Assembly (NCBI GenBank): GCA_051313645.2
Contig: JBNRSN020000089.1
Span: 3,100,001-3,164,000 of the forward strand
DNA length: 64,000 nt
Origin: Centroscyllium fabricii
Lineage: Eukaryota
Direction of reading: 5' to 3'
In this document: one piece after another, positions 1 through 13,500 of the stretch
Position numbering within the stretch: the first letter of the stretch is position 1
How the letters are laid out: each line of letters starts with the position of its first letter
Position numbers and translations under genes: made by a program
The notes under the pieces: generated by a model
Database searches by the model: none
Told to the model about the DNA's origin: nothing
What the model saw: only the letters and a program-made list of their open reading frames with translations

Positions 1-39
1 GATGTTCCTACCATTTCCTTTGCTGTCTAGAGACTGGGA

Positions 40-3000
40 TGTCCCTACCCCATCCCTTGCTGTCCGGAGACTGGGAAGTGCCTACCCCATCTCTTACTGT
101 CAGGAGACTGGGATGTTCCTACCCCATCCCTTGCTGTACGGATGCTGGGATGACCCTACCCCTTCCCTTGCTGTCTCTAGACTAGGATGTTCTTACCCTA
201 TACCTTGCTGCCTGTAGACTGAGTTGTCCCTACTCCATCCCTTGCTGTCTATAGCCTGGGTTGTCCCTACCCCATCCCTTGCTGTCCGGTGACTGTGATG
301 TCCCTACCCCATCCGTTGCTGTCCGGAGACTGGGAAGTTCCTACCCTATCCCTTTCTGTCTGGAGACTGGGATGTTCCTACCCCATCCCTTGCAGTCCGT
401 CGACTGGGATGTCCCTACCCCTTCCCTTGCTGTCTCTAGACTAGGATGTTCCTACCCCATCCCTTGCTGTCTGGAGACTGGGATGTTCCTACCCCATCCC
501 TTGCTGTCTCTAGACTGTGTTGTCCCTACCCCATCCCTTGCTATCCGGAGACTGGGATGTCCCTACCCCTTCCCTTTCTGTCTGGAGACTGGGATGTTCC
601 TAACCCATCCCTTTCTGTCTGGAAACTTGGATGCCCCTACACCTTCCCTTGCTGTCCAGAGACTGGAATGTTCCTATCTCTTCCCTTGCTGTCTGGAGTC
701 TGGGATGTTCCTAACACATCCCTTGTTGTCTGGAGACTGGGATGTCCCTACCCCTTCCCTTGCAGTCCAGAGACTGGAATTCTCCTACCTCTTCCCTTGC
801 TGTCTGGAGACTGGGATGTTCCTAACCCATCCCTTGTTGTCCGGAGACTGGGATGTCCCTACCGCTTCCCTTGCTGTCTGGAGACTGGGATGTTCCAACC
901 CCATCTCTTGCTGTCTCTAGACTGCGATGTTCATACCGCTTCCCTTGCTGTCTGGAGACTGGGATGTCCCGACCTCTTCCCTTGCTGTCTCTAGTCTGGG
1001 ATAACCCTACCCCATCCCTTGCTGCCTCTAGACTGGGAAGTTCCTACACCTTCCCTTGCTGTCTGGAGACTGGGATGTTACTACCCCTTCCCTTGCTGTC
1101 TGGAGACTGGGATGTCCCTACCCCATCCTTTGCTGTCCAGAGACTGGGATGTTCCTACCCTATCCCTTGCTGTCTGGTGGCTGGGATGTTCCTACCACTT
1201 CCCTTGCTGTCAAGAGATTGGGATGTCCCTAGCTCTTCCCTTGCTGTCTGGAGACTGGGATGCTCCTGCCTCTTCCCTTGCTGTCCGGAGACTGGGATTT
1301 TCCTACCCCATCATTTGCTGTCTGGAGACTGGGATGTTCCTACCCCATAACTTGCTGTCTGGAGATTGGGATGTCCATAGCTCTTCCCTTGCTGTCTGGA
1401 GACTGGGATGTTCCTGCCTCTTCCCTTGCTGTCCGGAGACTCGGATGTTCCTACCCCATCCCTTGCTGTCTGGAGACTGGGATGTTCATACCCCATCCCT
1501 TGCTGTCTGGAGATTGGGATGTCCCTAGCTCTTCCCTTTTTGTCTTGGAGACTGGGATGTTCCTGCCTCTACCCTTGCTGTCCGGAGACTGGGATGTTCC
1601 TACCCCATCCCTTGCTGTCTGGAGCCTGGGATGTTCCTACCCCATTCCTTGCTGTCTGGAGACTGGGATGTTCCTACCCCATCCCTTGCTGTCTGGAGAC
1701 TGGAATGTTCCTACCCCATCTCTTGATGTCTCTAGACTGGGAAGTCCCTACCTCTTCCCTTGCTTTCCGGAGACTGGGATGTCCCTACCCCATCCCTTGC
1801 TGTCTCTAGACTGGGATGTCACTACCTCTTCCCTTGCTGTCTGGAGACTGGAATGTCGCTACCCTTCCCTTTCTGTCTGGGGACTGGGATGTTCCTACCG
1901 CATCCCTTGCTGTACAGAGACTAGGATGATCCTACCACTTCCCTTGCTGTCTGGAGACTTAGATATCCCTACCTCTTCCCTTGCTGTCTGGTACTGGGAT
2001 GTTCCTATCCCATCCCTTGCTGTCCGGAGACTTGGATGTCCCTACCCCATCCCTTGCTGGCAGGAGACTGGGAAGTTCCTAACCTATCTCTTGCTGTCTC
2101 TAGACTGGGATGTCCATACCCTTTCACTTGCTGTCCGGAGACTGGGATGTTCCTACCCCATCCCTTGCTGTCCAGAGACTGGGATGTTCCTACCTCTACC
2201 CTTGCTGTCTGGAGACTGGGATGTTCCTATCTCTTCCCTTGCTATCTGGAGAATGGGAAGTCCCTACCCCTTCCTTTGCTGTCAGGAGACTGGGATGTCC
2301 CTTTCCCATCCCTTGCTGTCCAGAGACTTGGATGTTCCTACCCTTTCGCTTGCTGTCTGGAGACTGGGTTGTCCCTACCTCTTCCCTTGTTGTCTGGAGA
2401 CTGGGATGTTCCTACCCCATCCCTTGCTGTCCGGAGACTGGGATGTCCAAACCCCTTCCCTTGCTGTCTGGAGACTGGGATGTTCCTACCTCTTCCCTTG
2501 CTGTCTGTAGACTGGGATGTTCCTACCCCTTCCCTTGCTGTCTGGAGACTGGGATGTCCCTACCCCATCCCTTGCTGTCTCTAGACTGGGAAGTCCCTAA
2601 CCCTTCCCTTGCTGTCTGGAGACTGGGATATCCCTACCCCATCCCTTGCTGTCCAGAGACTGGGATGTTACTACCCCTTCCCTTGCTGTCTGTAGACTGG
2701 GATGTTCCTACCCCTTCCCTTGCTGCCTGGAGACTGGGATGTCCCTACCCCATCCCTTGCTCTCCGGAGACTGGGATGTTCCTACACAATCACTTGCTGT
2801 CCGGAGACTGGGATGTCCCTACCCCATCCCTTGCTGTCTCTAGACTGGGATGTTGCTACGCCTTCCCTTGCTGTCTGGAGACTGGGATGTCCCTACACCA
2901 TCCCTTCCCGTCTGGAGACTGGGATGTTCCTACCCCATCACTTTCTGTCCGGAGACTGAGATGACCCTACCCCTTCCCATGCTGTCCAGAGACTGGAATG

Positions 3001-5370
3001 TTCCCACTTCTTCTCTTGCTGTTTGGAGACTGGGATGTTCCTACCCCATCCCTTGCTGTCCGGAGACTGGGATGTCCCTACCGATTCCATTGCTCTCTGG
3101 AGACTGGGATGTTCCTATCCCATCCCTTGCTGTCCAGAGACTGGTATGTTCCTAACCCATCGCTTGCTGTGTGTAGACTGGGATGTCCATACCCTAACAC
3201 TTGCAGTCTCTAGACTGGGATGTCCCTAACCCTTCTCTTGCTGTCTGGAGATTGGGATGTCCCTACCACATCCCTTGCTGTCCTTAGAGTGGGATGTTCC
3301 TACACCTTTCCTTGCTGTCTGTAGACTGGGAAGTTTCTACCCCATCCATTGCTGTCCAGAGACTGGGATGTTCCTACCTCCTCTCTTGCTGTCCGGAGAC
3401 TGGGATGTTCCTAACCTATTCCTTGCTGTCTGGAGACTGAGATGCTCCTACCCCATCCCTTGCTGTCTCTAGACAGGGATGTTCCTACCTCATCCCTTGC
3501 TATCTCTATACTGGGATGTTCCTACACCATCCGTTGCTGTCCGGAGACTGGTATGTCCCTACCCCATCTCTTACTGTCTTTCTACTGGGATGTTCCGAAC
3601 CAATCCCTTGCTCTCCGGAGACTGGGAGGTCCCTACCCCTTCCCTTGCTGTCTGGAGACTGGTATGTCCCTACCTCTTCCCTTGCTGTACAGAGACTGGG
3701 ATGTCACTTCCACATACATTGCTGTCCAGAGACTGGGATGTTCCTACCCTTTCCCTTGCAGTCTGGAGACTGGGATGACCCTACCTCTTCCCTTGCTGTC
3801 TCTAGACTGAGATGTCCTCACCCCTCCCCTTGCTGTCTGGAGACTGGGATGTTCCTACCTCATCATTTGCTGTCTCTAGACTGGGATGTTCCTACCCCTT
3901 TCCTTGCTGTCCGGAGACTGGGATGTCTCTACCCCTTCCCTTGCTGTGTGGAGACTGGGATGTTCCTAACCCTTCCCTTGCTGTCTGGAGACTGGGATGT
4001 CCCTACCCCTCCCCTTGCTGTCCAGAGACTGGGATGTTCCTACCTCTTCCCTTGGGGTCTGGAGACTGGGATGTTCATACCTCTTCCCTTGCTGTCTCTA
4101 GACTGTGATGTCCCTACCCCTTCCCTTGCTGCCCAGAGACTGGGATGTTCCTACATCTTCCCTTGCTGTCTGGAGACTGAGATGGTCCTACCTCTTCCCT
4201 TTCTGTCTCTAGACTGGGATGTACCTACCCCTTCCCTTGCTGTCTGGAGACTAGGATGTTCATAACTCTTCCCTTGCTGTCTCTTGACTGGGATGTTCCT
4301 ACCCCATCCCTTGCTGTCCGGAGACTGGGATGTCCCTACCCCATTCCTTGCTGTCTGGAGACTGGGATGTTCCTAACACTTCCCTTGATGTCTGGAGACT
4401 GGGATGTTCCTACCCCATCCCTTGCTATCTGGTGACTGGGATCTTCCTACCCCTTCCCTTGCTGTCCAGAGACTGTAAAGTTCCTACCCAATCCCTTGCT
4501 GTCTGGAGACTGGGATGTTCCTACCCCTTCCATTGCTGTCTGGATCCTGGGATGTTCCTACTCCATCCCTTGCTGTCTGGAGACTGGGATGATCCTACCC
4601 CTTCCCTTGCTGTCCAGAGATTGGGATGTCGCTACCTCTTCCCTTGCTGTCTGCAGACTGTGATGTTCCTACCTCTTCCCTTGTTGTCCGGAGACTGGGA
4701 TGTTGCTACCCCATCCCTTGCTGTCCGGAGACTGGTAAGTCCCTACCCCATACCTTGCTGTCTCTTGACTGGGATGTTACAACCCAATCCCTTGCTGTAT
4801 GGAGACGGGGATGTTCCTAACCCATCCCTTGCTGTCTGGAGACTGTGTTGTCCCTACCCATCCCTTGCTGTCTGGAGACTGGAATGTTCCTACCCCATCC
4901 CTTGCTGTCCAGATACTGGGATATTCCTACCTCTTCCTTTGCTGTCTGGAGACTGGGATGTCACTACCCCATCCCTTGCTGTCCGGAGACAGGGAAGTGC
5001 CTACCCCAACTCTTACTGTCAGGAGACTGGGATGTTCCTACCCCATGCCTTGCTGTCCAGAGGCTGGGATGTCCCTACCGTTTCCCTTGCTGTCTCTAGA
5101 CTAGGATGTTCTTACCCTATCCCTTGCTGCCTGTAGACTGAGTTGTCCCTACTCCCTCCCTTGCTGTCTATAGACTGGGTTGTCCCTAACCCATCCCTTG
5201 CTGTCCGGAGACTGCGATGTCCCTATCCCATCCCTTGCTGTCCGGAGACTGGGGAGTTCCTACCCTATCCCTTACTGTCTGGAGACTGGGATGTTCCTAC
5301 CCCATCACTTGCAGTCCGTCGAATGGGATGTCCCTACCCCTTCCCTTGCTGTCTCTAGTCTAGGATGTTC
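40..5370 (+). repeat. Dispersed related blocks ~40-450 and ~4960-5370 (offset 4919 bp)
   Basis: Rare variants occur in the same order: GGGAAGTGCC..TCTTACTGTCAGG at 73/4992, GCCTGTAGACTGAGTTG at ~210/5129 and GCAGTCCGTCGA at 392/5311. The copies are diverged and boundaries are approximate. Confidence 0.7.
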
Positions 5371-5799
5371 CTACCCCATCCCTTGCTGTCTGTAGACTGG
5401 GATGTTCCTACCCCATCCCTTGCTGTCTCTAGTCTGGGTTGTCCCTACACCATCCCTTGCTGTCCGGAGACTGGGATGTCCCTACCTCTTTCCTTGCTGT
5501 CTCTAGACTGGGATGTTGCTACCCCATCCCTTGCTGTCTGGAGAATGGGATGTTCCTACCCCATCTCTTGCTGTCTCTAGACTGCGATGTTCATACCCAT
5601 TCCCTTGCAGTCTGGAGACTGGGATGTCCCTACCTCTTTCCTTGCTGTCTCTAGACTGGGATGTCCATACCCCATCCCTTGCTGTCTCTAGACTGGGATG
5701 TTCCTACCCCTTCCCTTGCTGTCTGGAGACTGGGATGTTCCTACCCCTTCCCTTGCTGTCTGTAGACTGGGATGTCCCAACCCCATCCCTTGCTGTCCA

Positions 5800-8750
5800 G
5801 AGACTGGGATGTTCCTACCCTATCCCTTGCTGTCTGGAGGCTGGGATGTTCCTACCCCTTCCCTTGCTGTCCAGAGATTGGGATGTCCCTAGCTCTTCCC
5901 TTGCTGTCTGGAGACTGGGAATTTCCAGTCTCTTCCCTTGCTGTCCGGAGACTGGGATGTCCCTACCCGATCACTTGCTGACTGGAGACTGGGATGTTCC
6001 TACCTCATCCCTTGCTGTCTGGAGACTGGGATGTCCCTAGCTCTTCCCTTGCTGTCTGGAGACTGGGATGTTCCTGCCTCTTCCCTTGCTGTCCGGAGAC
6101 TGGGATGTTCCTACCCCATCCCTTGCTGTCTGGAGACTGGGATTTTCCTACCCCATCCCTTGCTGTCTGGAGATTGGGATGTCCCTAGCTCTTCCCTTGC
6201 TGTCTGGAGACTCGGATATTCCAACCCCATCCCTTGCAGTCCGTCGACTGGGATGTCCCTACCCCTTCCCTTGATGTCTCTAGACTAGGTTGTTCCTACC
6301 CCATCCCTTGCTGTCTGTAGACTGGGATGTTCCTACCCCATCCTTTGCTGTATCTAGACTGGAATGTACCTACACCATCCCTTGCTGTCCGGAGTCTGGA
6401 ATGTCCCTACCCCATCCCTTGCTGTCTGGAGTCTGGGATGTTCCTAACCCATCCCTTTCTGTCTGGAAACTGGGATGCCCCTACACCTTCCCTTGCTGTC
6501 CAGAGACTGGAATGTTCCTACCTCTTCCCTTGCTGTCTGGAGAATGGGATGTTCCAACCCCATCCCTTGCTGTCCGGAGACTGGGATGTTCCTACCCCTT
6601 CCCTTGCTGTCTGGAGACTGGGAAGTCCCTACCCCATCCTTTGCTGTCCAGAGACTGGGGTGTTCCTATAATATCCCTTGCTGTCTGGAGGCTGGGATGT
6701 TCCTACCCCTTCCCTTGCTGTCCAGAGATTGGGATGTCCCTAGCTCTCCCCTTGCTGTCTGGAGACTGGGAAGTTCCTGCCTCTTCCCTTGCTGTCCGGA
6801 GACTGGGATGTCCCTATCCGATCACTTGCTGTCTGGAGACTGGGATGTTCCTACCCCATCCCTTGCTGACTGGACACTGGGATGTCCCTAGCTCTTCCCT
6901 TGCTGTCTGGAGACTGGGATGTTCCTGCCACTTCCCGTGCTGTACGGAGACTGGGATGTTCCTACCCCATCCCTTGCTGTCTGGAGACTGGGATGTTACT
7001 ACCCCATCCCTTGCTGTCTGGAGATTGGGATGTCCCTAGCTCTTCCCGTGCTGTCTGGAGACTGGGATGTTCCCTGCTGTTCCCTTGATGTCCGGAGACA
7101 GGGATGTTCCTACCCCTTCCCTTGCTGTCTCTAGTCTAGGATGTTCCTACCCCATCCCTTGCTGTCTGTAGACTGGGATGTTCCTACCCCATCCCTTGCT
7201 GTCTCTAGTCTGGGTTGTCCCTACACCATCCCTTGCTGTCCGGAGACTGGGATGTCCCTACTTCTTTCCTTGCTGTCTCTAGACTGGGATGTTCCTACCC
7301 GATCCCTTGCTGTCCGGAGACTGGGATATCCCTACCCCTTCCCTTGCTGTCTGGAGACTGGGATGTTCCTACCCCATCTCTTGCTGTCCGGAGACTGGGA
7401 TGTCCCCACCCCTTCCCTTGCTGTCTGGAGAATGGGATGTTCCTACCCCATTTCTTGCTGTCCCTAGACTGCGATGTTCATACCCATTCCCTTGCTGTCT
7501 CTAGTCTAGGATGTTCCTACCCCATCCCTTGCTGTCTGTAGACTGGGATGTTCCTACCCCATCCCTTGCTGTCTCTAGTCTGGGTTGTCCCTACACCATC
7601 CCTTGCTGTCCGGAGACTGGGATGTCCCTACCTCTTTCCTTGCTGTCTCTAGACTGGGATGTTCCTACCCGATCCCTTGCTGTCCGGAGACTGGGATGTC
7701 CCTACCCCTTCCCTTGCTGTCTGGAGACTGGGATGTTCCTACCCCATCTCTTGCTGTCCGGAGACTGGGATGTCCCCACCCCTTCCCTTGCTGTCTGGAG
7801 AATGGGATGTTCCTACCCTATCTCTTGCTGTCTCTAGACTGCGATGTTCATACCCATTCCCTTGCTGTCTGGAGACTGGGATGTCCCTACCTCTTTCCTT
7901 GCTGTCTCTAGACTGGGATGTCCATTCCCAATCCCTTGCTGTCTCTAGACTGGGATTTTCCAACCCCTTCCCTTGCTGTCTGGAGACTGGGATGTTACTA
8001 CCCTATCCCTTGCTGTCTGGAGGCTGGGATGTTCCTACCCCTTCCCTTGCTGTCCCGAGATTGGGATGTCCCTAGCTCTTCCCTTGCTGTCTGGAGACTG
8101 GGAAGTTCCTGCCTCTTCCCTTGCTGTCCGGAGACTGGGATGTCCGTACCCGATCACTTGCTGACTGGAGGCTGGGATGTTCCTACCCCATCCCTTGCTG
8201 TCTGGAGACTGGGATGTCCCTAGCTCTTCCCTTGCTGTCTGGAGACTGGGATGTTCCTGCCTCTTCCCTTGCTGTCCGGAGACTGGGATGTTCCTACCCC
8301 ATCCCTTGCTGTCTGGAGTCTGGGATGTTCCTACCCCATCCCTTGCTGTCTGGAGATTGGGATGTCCCTAGCTCTTCCCTTGCTGTCTGGAGACTGGGAT
8401 ATTCCAACCCCATCCCTTGCAGTCCGTCGACTGGGATGTCCCTACCCCTTCCCTTGATGTCTCTAGACTAGGATGTTCCTACCCCATCCCTTGCTGTCTG
8501 TAGACTTGGATGTTCCTACCCCATCCCTTGCTGTATCTAGACTGGGATGTCCCTACACCATCCCTTGCTGTCCGGAGTCTGGGATATCCCTACACCATCC
8601 CTTGCTGTCTGGAGTCTGGGATGTTCCTAACCCATCACTTTCTGTCTGGAAACTGGGATGCCCCTACACCTTCCCTTGCTGTCCAGAGACTGGAATGTTC
8701 CTACCTCTTCCCTTGCTGTCTGGAGACTGGGGTGTTCCAACCCCATCCCT
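5800..8750 (+). repeat. Duplicated block ~5800-6570 / ~7985-8750 (offset 2183 bp = 59 monomers)
   Basis: GCAGTCCGTCGAC at 6236 and 8419. ORFs 5938/8121, 5994/8177, 6068/8251 and 6290/8473 are all offset by 2183. Boundaries are approximate. Confidence 0.75.
7131..7870 (+). repeat. Tandem duplication of a 10-monomer (370 bp) unit
   Basis: CTAGTCTAGG at 7131 and 7501. ORF pairs 7141/7511, 7215/7585 and 7289/7659 are near-identical. Confidence 0.85.
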
Positions 8751-9449
8751 TGCTGTCCGGAGACTGGGATGTCCCTACCCCTTCCCTTGCTGTCTGGAGA
8801 CTGGGATGTTCCTACCCCATCTCTTGCTGTCTCCAGACTGCAATGTACATACCCCTTCCCTTGCTGTCTGGAGACTGGGATGTCCCTACCTCTTTCCTTG
8901 CTGTCTCTAGACTGGGATGTCCCTACCCCATCCCTTGCTGTCTCTAGACTGGGATGTTCCTACCCCTTCCCTTGCTGTCTGGAGACTGGGAAGTCCCTAC
9001 TCCATCCTTTGCTGTCCAGAGACTGGGATGTTCCTATAATATCCCTTGCTGTCTGGAGGCTGGGATGTTCCTAGCCCTTCCCTTGCTGTCCAGAGATTGG
9101 GATGTCACTAGCTCTTCCCTTGCTGTCTGGAGACTGGGAAGTTCCTGCCTCTTCCCTTGCTGTCCGGAGACTGTGATGTCCCTACCCGATCACTTGCTTT
9201 CTGGAGACTGGGATGTTCCTACCCCATCCCTTGCTGTCTGGAGACTGGGATGATACTACCCCATCCCTTGCTGTCTGGAGATTGGAATGTCCCTAGCTCT
9301 TCCCGTGCTGTCTGGAGACTGGGATGTTCCTGCCTGTTCCCTTGGTGTCCGGAGACAGGAATGTTCCTACCCCATCCCTTGCTGTCTCTAGACTAGAATG
9401 TTCCTACCCCATTCCTTGCTGTCTGGAGACTGGGATGTTGCTACCCCTT

Positions 9450-12400
9450 CCCTTGCTGTTTCTAGACTGGGTTGTCCCTACCCCATTCCTTGCTGTCCGG
9501 AGACTGGGATGTCCCTACCCCTTCCCTTGCTGTCTGGAGACTGGGATGTTCCTAACCCTTCCCTTGCTGTCTGGAGACTGGGATGTCCCTACCCCTTCCC
9601 TTGATGTCCAGAGACTGGCATGTTGCTACCTCTTTCCTTGCTGTCTGGAGACTGGGATGTTCCTAACCCATCCCATGCTGTCCGGAGACTGGGATATCCC
9701 TACCGCTTCCCTGGCTGTCTGGAGACAAGGATGTTCCTACCCCAACGCTTGCTGGTTCAAGAGTGCGATGTTCCTATCTCTTCCCTTGCTATATGGAATC
9801 TGGGATGTCCCTACCTCTTCCCTTGCTGACTCTAGTCTGGGATGTCCCTACCCCATCCCTTGCTGTCTCTAGACTGGGATGTTCCTACCCCTTCACTTCC
9901 TGTCTCTAGACTGGGATGTTCCTACCCCTTCCCTTGCTGTCTCTAGACTGGGATGTCCCTACCCCATCCCTTGCTGTTTCTTGACTGTGATGTTGCTAAC
10001 CCTTCCCTTGCTGTCTGGAGACTGGGATGTTCCTACCCCATCTCTTGCTGTCTCTAGACTGGGAAGTCCATAACTCTTCCCTTGCTGTCCGGAGACTGGG
10101 ATAACCCTACCCCATCCCTTGCTGTCTCTACACTGGGATGTTCCTAGCTTATCACTTGCTGTCCCGAGACTGGGATGTCCCTACCCCATCCCTTGCTGTC
10201 TGTAGAATGGGATGTTCCTAACACATCCCTTGCTGTCTCTAGACTGGGATGTCCCTACCCCTTCACTTACTGTCCGGAGACTGGGATGTTCCTACCACAT
10301 CCCTTGCTGTCCGGAGACTAGGATGTTCCTACCTCTACCCTTGCTGTCTGGAGACTGGGATGTTCCTATCTCTTCCCTTGCTGTCTGGAGACTGGGATGT
10401 CCCTACCCCATCCCTTGCTGTCTCTAGACTGCGATGTTCCTACCCCTTCCCTTGCTGTCTGGAGACTGGTATGTTCCTACCCCATCACTTGCAGTCTGGG
10501 GACTGGGATGTCCCTTCCCCATCCCTTGCTGTCCAGAGACTGGGATGTTCCTACCCCTTCGCTTGCTGTCTGGAGACTGGTATGACCCTAGCTCCTCCCT
10601 TGCTGTCTGGAGACTGGGATGTACCTACCCCATCCTTTGCTGTCCAGAGACTGGAATGTTCCTACCTATTCCCTTGCTGTCTGTAGATTTGGATGTTCCT
10701 AACGCTTCCATTGCTGTCTGGAGACTGGGATGTCCCTAACCCATCCCATGCTGTCTCTAGACTGGGATGTTCCTACCCCTTCCCTTGCTGTCTGGAGACT
10801 GGCATGTTCCTACCTCTTCCCTTGATGTCTGGAGACTGGGATGTTCTTAACCCATCCCTTGCTGTCTGGAGACTGGGATGTCCCTACCCCTGCCCTTGCT
10901 GTCTGGAGACTGGGATGTTCCTACCCCATCCTTTGCTGTCTCTAGACTGGGAAGTCCCTACCTTTTCACTTGCTGTCCGGAGACTGGGATTTCCCTACCC
11001 CATCCCTTGCTGTCTCTAAACTGGGATGTCACTACCTCTTCCCTTGCTGGCTGGAGACTGGAATGTCCCTACCCTTCCCTTTCTGTCTGGGGACTGGGAT
11101 GTTCCTACCCCACCCTTGCTGTTAAGAGACTGGGATGTTCCTACCCCTTCCCTTGCTGTCTGGAGACTGGGAGATCCCTACCTCTTCCCTTGCTGTCTGG
11201 AACTGGGATGTTCCTACCTCTAAAATTGCTCTCTATAGACTGGGATGTTCCTACCTCTTCCCTTGCTGTCTGGAGACTGGGATGTCCCTAACACATCCCT
11301 TGCTGTCTCTAGACTGGGATGTTCCTACCCCTTCCCTTGCTGTCTGGAGACTTGGATGTCCCTACCCCATCCCTTGCTGTCCAGAGACTGGGATGTTCCT
11401 AACCCATCCCTTGCTGTCCGGAGACTGGGATGTCTCTATCCCATTCCTTGCTGTCTATGGACTGGAATGTTCCTACCCCTTCCCTTGCTGTCTGGAGACT
11501 GGGATGTCCCTACCCCATCCTTTCCCGTCTGGAGACTGGGATGTTGCTACCCCATCCCTTTCTGTCTGGTTACTGGGATGTCCCTACCCCTTCCCTTGCT
11601 GTCCAGAGTCTGGAATGTTCCTACCTCTTCCCTTGCTGTCTGGAGACAGGGATGTTCCTAACCCATCCCTTGCAGTCCGGAGACTGGGATGTCCCTAACC
11701 CTTCCCTTGCTGTCTGGAGACTGGGGTGTTCCTACCGCATCTCTTGCTGTCTCTAGATTGGGATGTTCCTGCCCCTTCCCTTGCTGTCTGGAGAGTGGGA
11801 TGTCCCTACCTCTTTCCTTGCTGTCTCTAGACTGGGATGTCCCTACCCCATCCCTTGCTGTCTCCAGACTAGGATGTTCCTACCCCTTCCCTTGCTGCCT
11901 CTAGTCTGGGATGTTCCTACCCCTTCCATTGCTGTCTCTAGACTGGGATGACACTAACCATCCCTTGCTGTCTCTAGTCTGGGATGTTCCCACCACTTCC
12001 CTTGCTGTCTGGTGACTGGGATGTTCCTATCCCATCTCTTGCTGTCTCTAGACTGGGAAGTCCCTACCTCTTCCCTTGCTGTCCGGAGACTGGGATGTCC
12101 CTAACCCATCCCTTGCTGTCTCTAGACTGGGATGTCACTACCTCTTCCCTTGCTGTCTGGAGACTGGAATGTTCCTACCCTTCCCTTTCTGTCTGTGGAC
12201 TGGGATGTTCCTACCCCATCCCTTGCTGATCAGAGACTGGGATGTTCCTACCCCTTCCCTTGCTCTCTGGCGACTGGGATGTCCCACCTCATCCCTTGCT
12301 GTCTGGTACTGGGATGTTCCTACCTCTTCCCTTGCTCTCTCTAGACTGGGATGATCCTACCCCATCCCTTGCTGTCCGGAGACTGGGATGTCCCTACCCC

Positions 12401-13500
12401 ATCCCTTGCTGTCCGGAGACTGGGATGTTCTTACCTCATCACTTGCTGGCCAGTGACTGGGATGTTCCTACCTCGACCCTTGCTGTGTGGAGACTGGGAT
12501 GTCCCTAACCCATCCCTTGCTGTCTGGAGTCAGGGATGTTCCTAACCCATCCCTTTCTGTCTGGAAACTGGGATGCACCTACACCTTCCCTTGCTGTCCA
12601 GAGACTGGAATGTTCCTTACTCATCCCTTGCTGTCTGGAGACTGGGATGTTCCAACCCCATCCCTTGCTGTCCGGAGACTGGGATGTCCCTACCCCTTCC
12701 CTTGCTGTCTGGAGACTGGAATGTTCCTACCCCATCTCTTGCTGTCTCTAGACTGCAATGTACATACCCCTTCCCTTGCTGTCTGGAGACTGGGAAGTTC
12801 CTACCCCTTCCCTTGCTGTTTCTAGACTGGGTTGTCCCTACCCCATTCCTTGCTGTCCGGAGACTGGGATGTCCCTACCCCTTCCCTTGCTCTCTGGAGA
12901 CTGGGATGTTCCTATCCCATCCCTTGCTGTCTGGAGACTGGGATGTCCCTACCCCTTCCCTTGATGTCCAGAGACTGGCATGTTGCTTCCTCTTTCCTTG
13001 CTGTCTGGAGACTGGGATGTTCCTAACCCATCCCATGCTGTCCGGAGACTGGGATATCCCTACCGCTTCCCTGGCTGTCTGGAGACAAGGATGTTCCTAC
13101 CCCATCTCTTGCTGTCTCTAGAGTGCGATGTTCCTATCTCTTCCCTTGCTATATGGAATCTGGGATGTCCCTACCTCTTCCCTTGCTGACTCTAGACTGG
13201 GATGTCCCTACCCCATCCCTTGCTGTCTCTAGACTGGGATGTTCCTACCCCTTCCCTTCCTGTCTCTAGACTGGGATGTTCCAAACCCCTTCCCTTGCTG
13301 TCTCTAGACTGGGATGTCCCTACCCCATCCCTTGCTGTTTCTAGACTGTGATGTTGCTACCCCTTCCCTTGCTGTCTGGAGACGGGGATGTTCCTACCCC
13401 ATCTCTTGCTGTCTCTAGACTGGGAAGTCCATACCTCTTCCCTTGCTGTCCGGAGACTGGGATGTCCCTACCCCATCCCTTGCTGTCTCTACACCTTTGA
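9450..13500 (+). repeat. Dispersed duplicated block ~9450-10130 / ~12810-13490 (offset ~3360 bp)
   Basis: Rare variant ATATGGAATCTGGG at 9791 and 13151; CCTGGCTGTCTGGAGACAAGG at ~9710 and ~13070; ORFs 9620/12980. Confidence 0.75.

Noticed and set aside
1260-2510. 416-aa ORF and other long + strand ORFs (26217-27137, 30682-31602, 45181-46134, 46897-47802, 62534-63526) as CDS
   Set aside because: They overlap in all three frames with the same peptide, run through frameshifting indels and end at sporadic TCTAGA variants. I recognise no domain or codon-position conservation. They are repeat artefacts.
6661-6675. TATAAT (-10/TATA-like) motif at ~6667 and ~9035
   Set aside because: It is an isolated mutant monomer copied by duplication, with no supporting promoter context or downstream gene.
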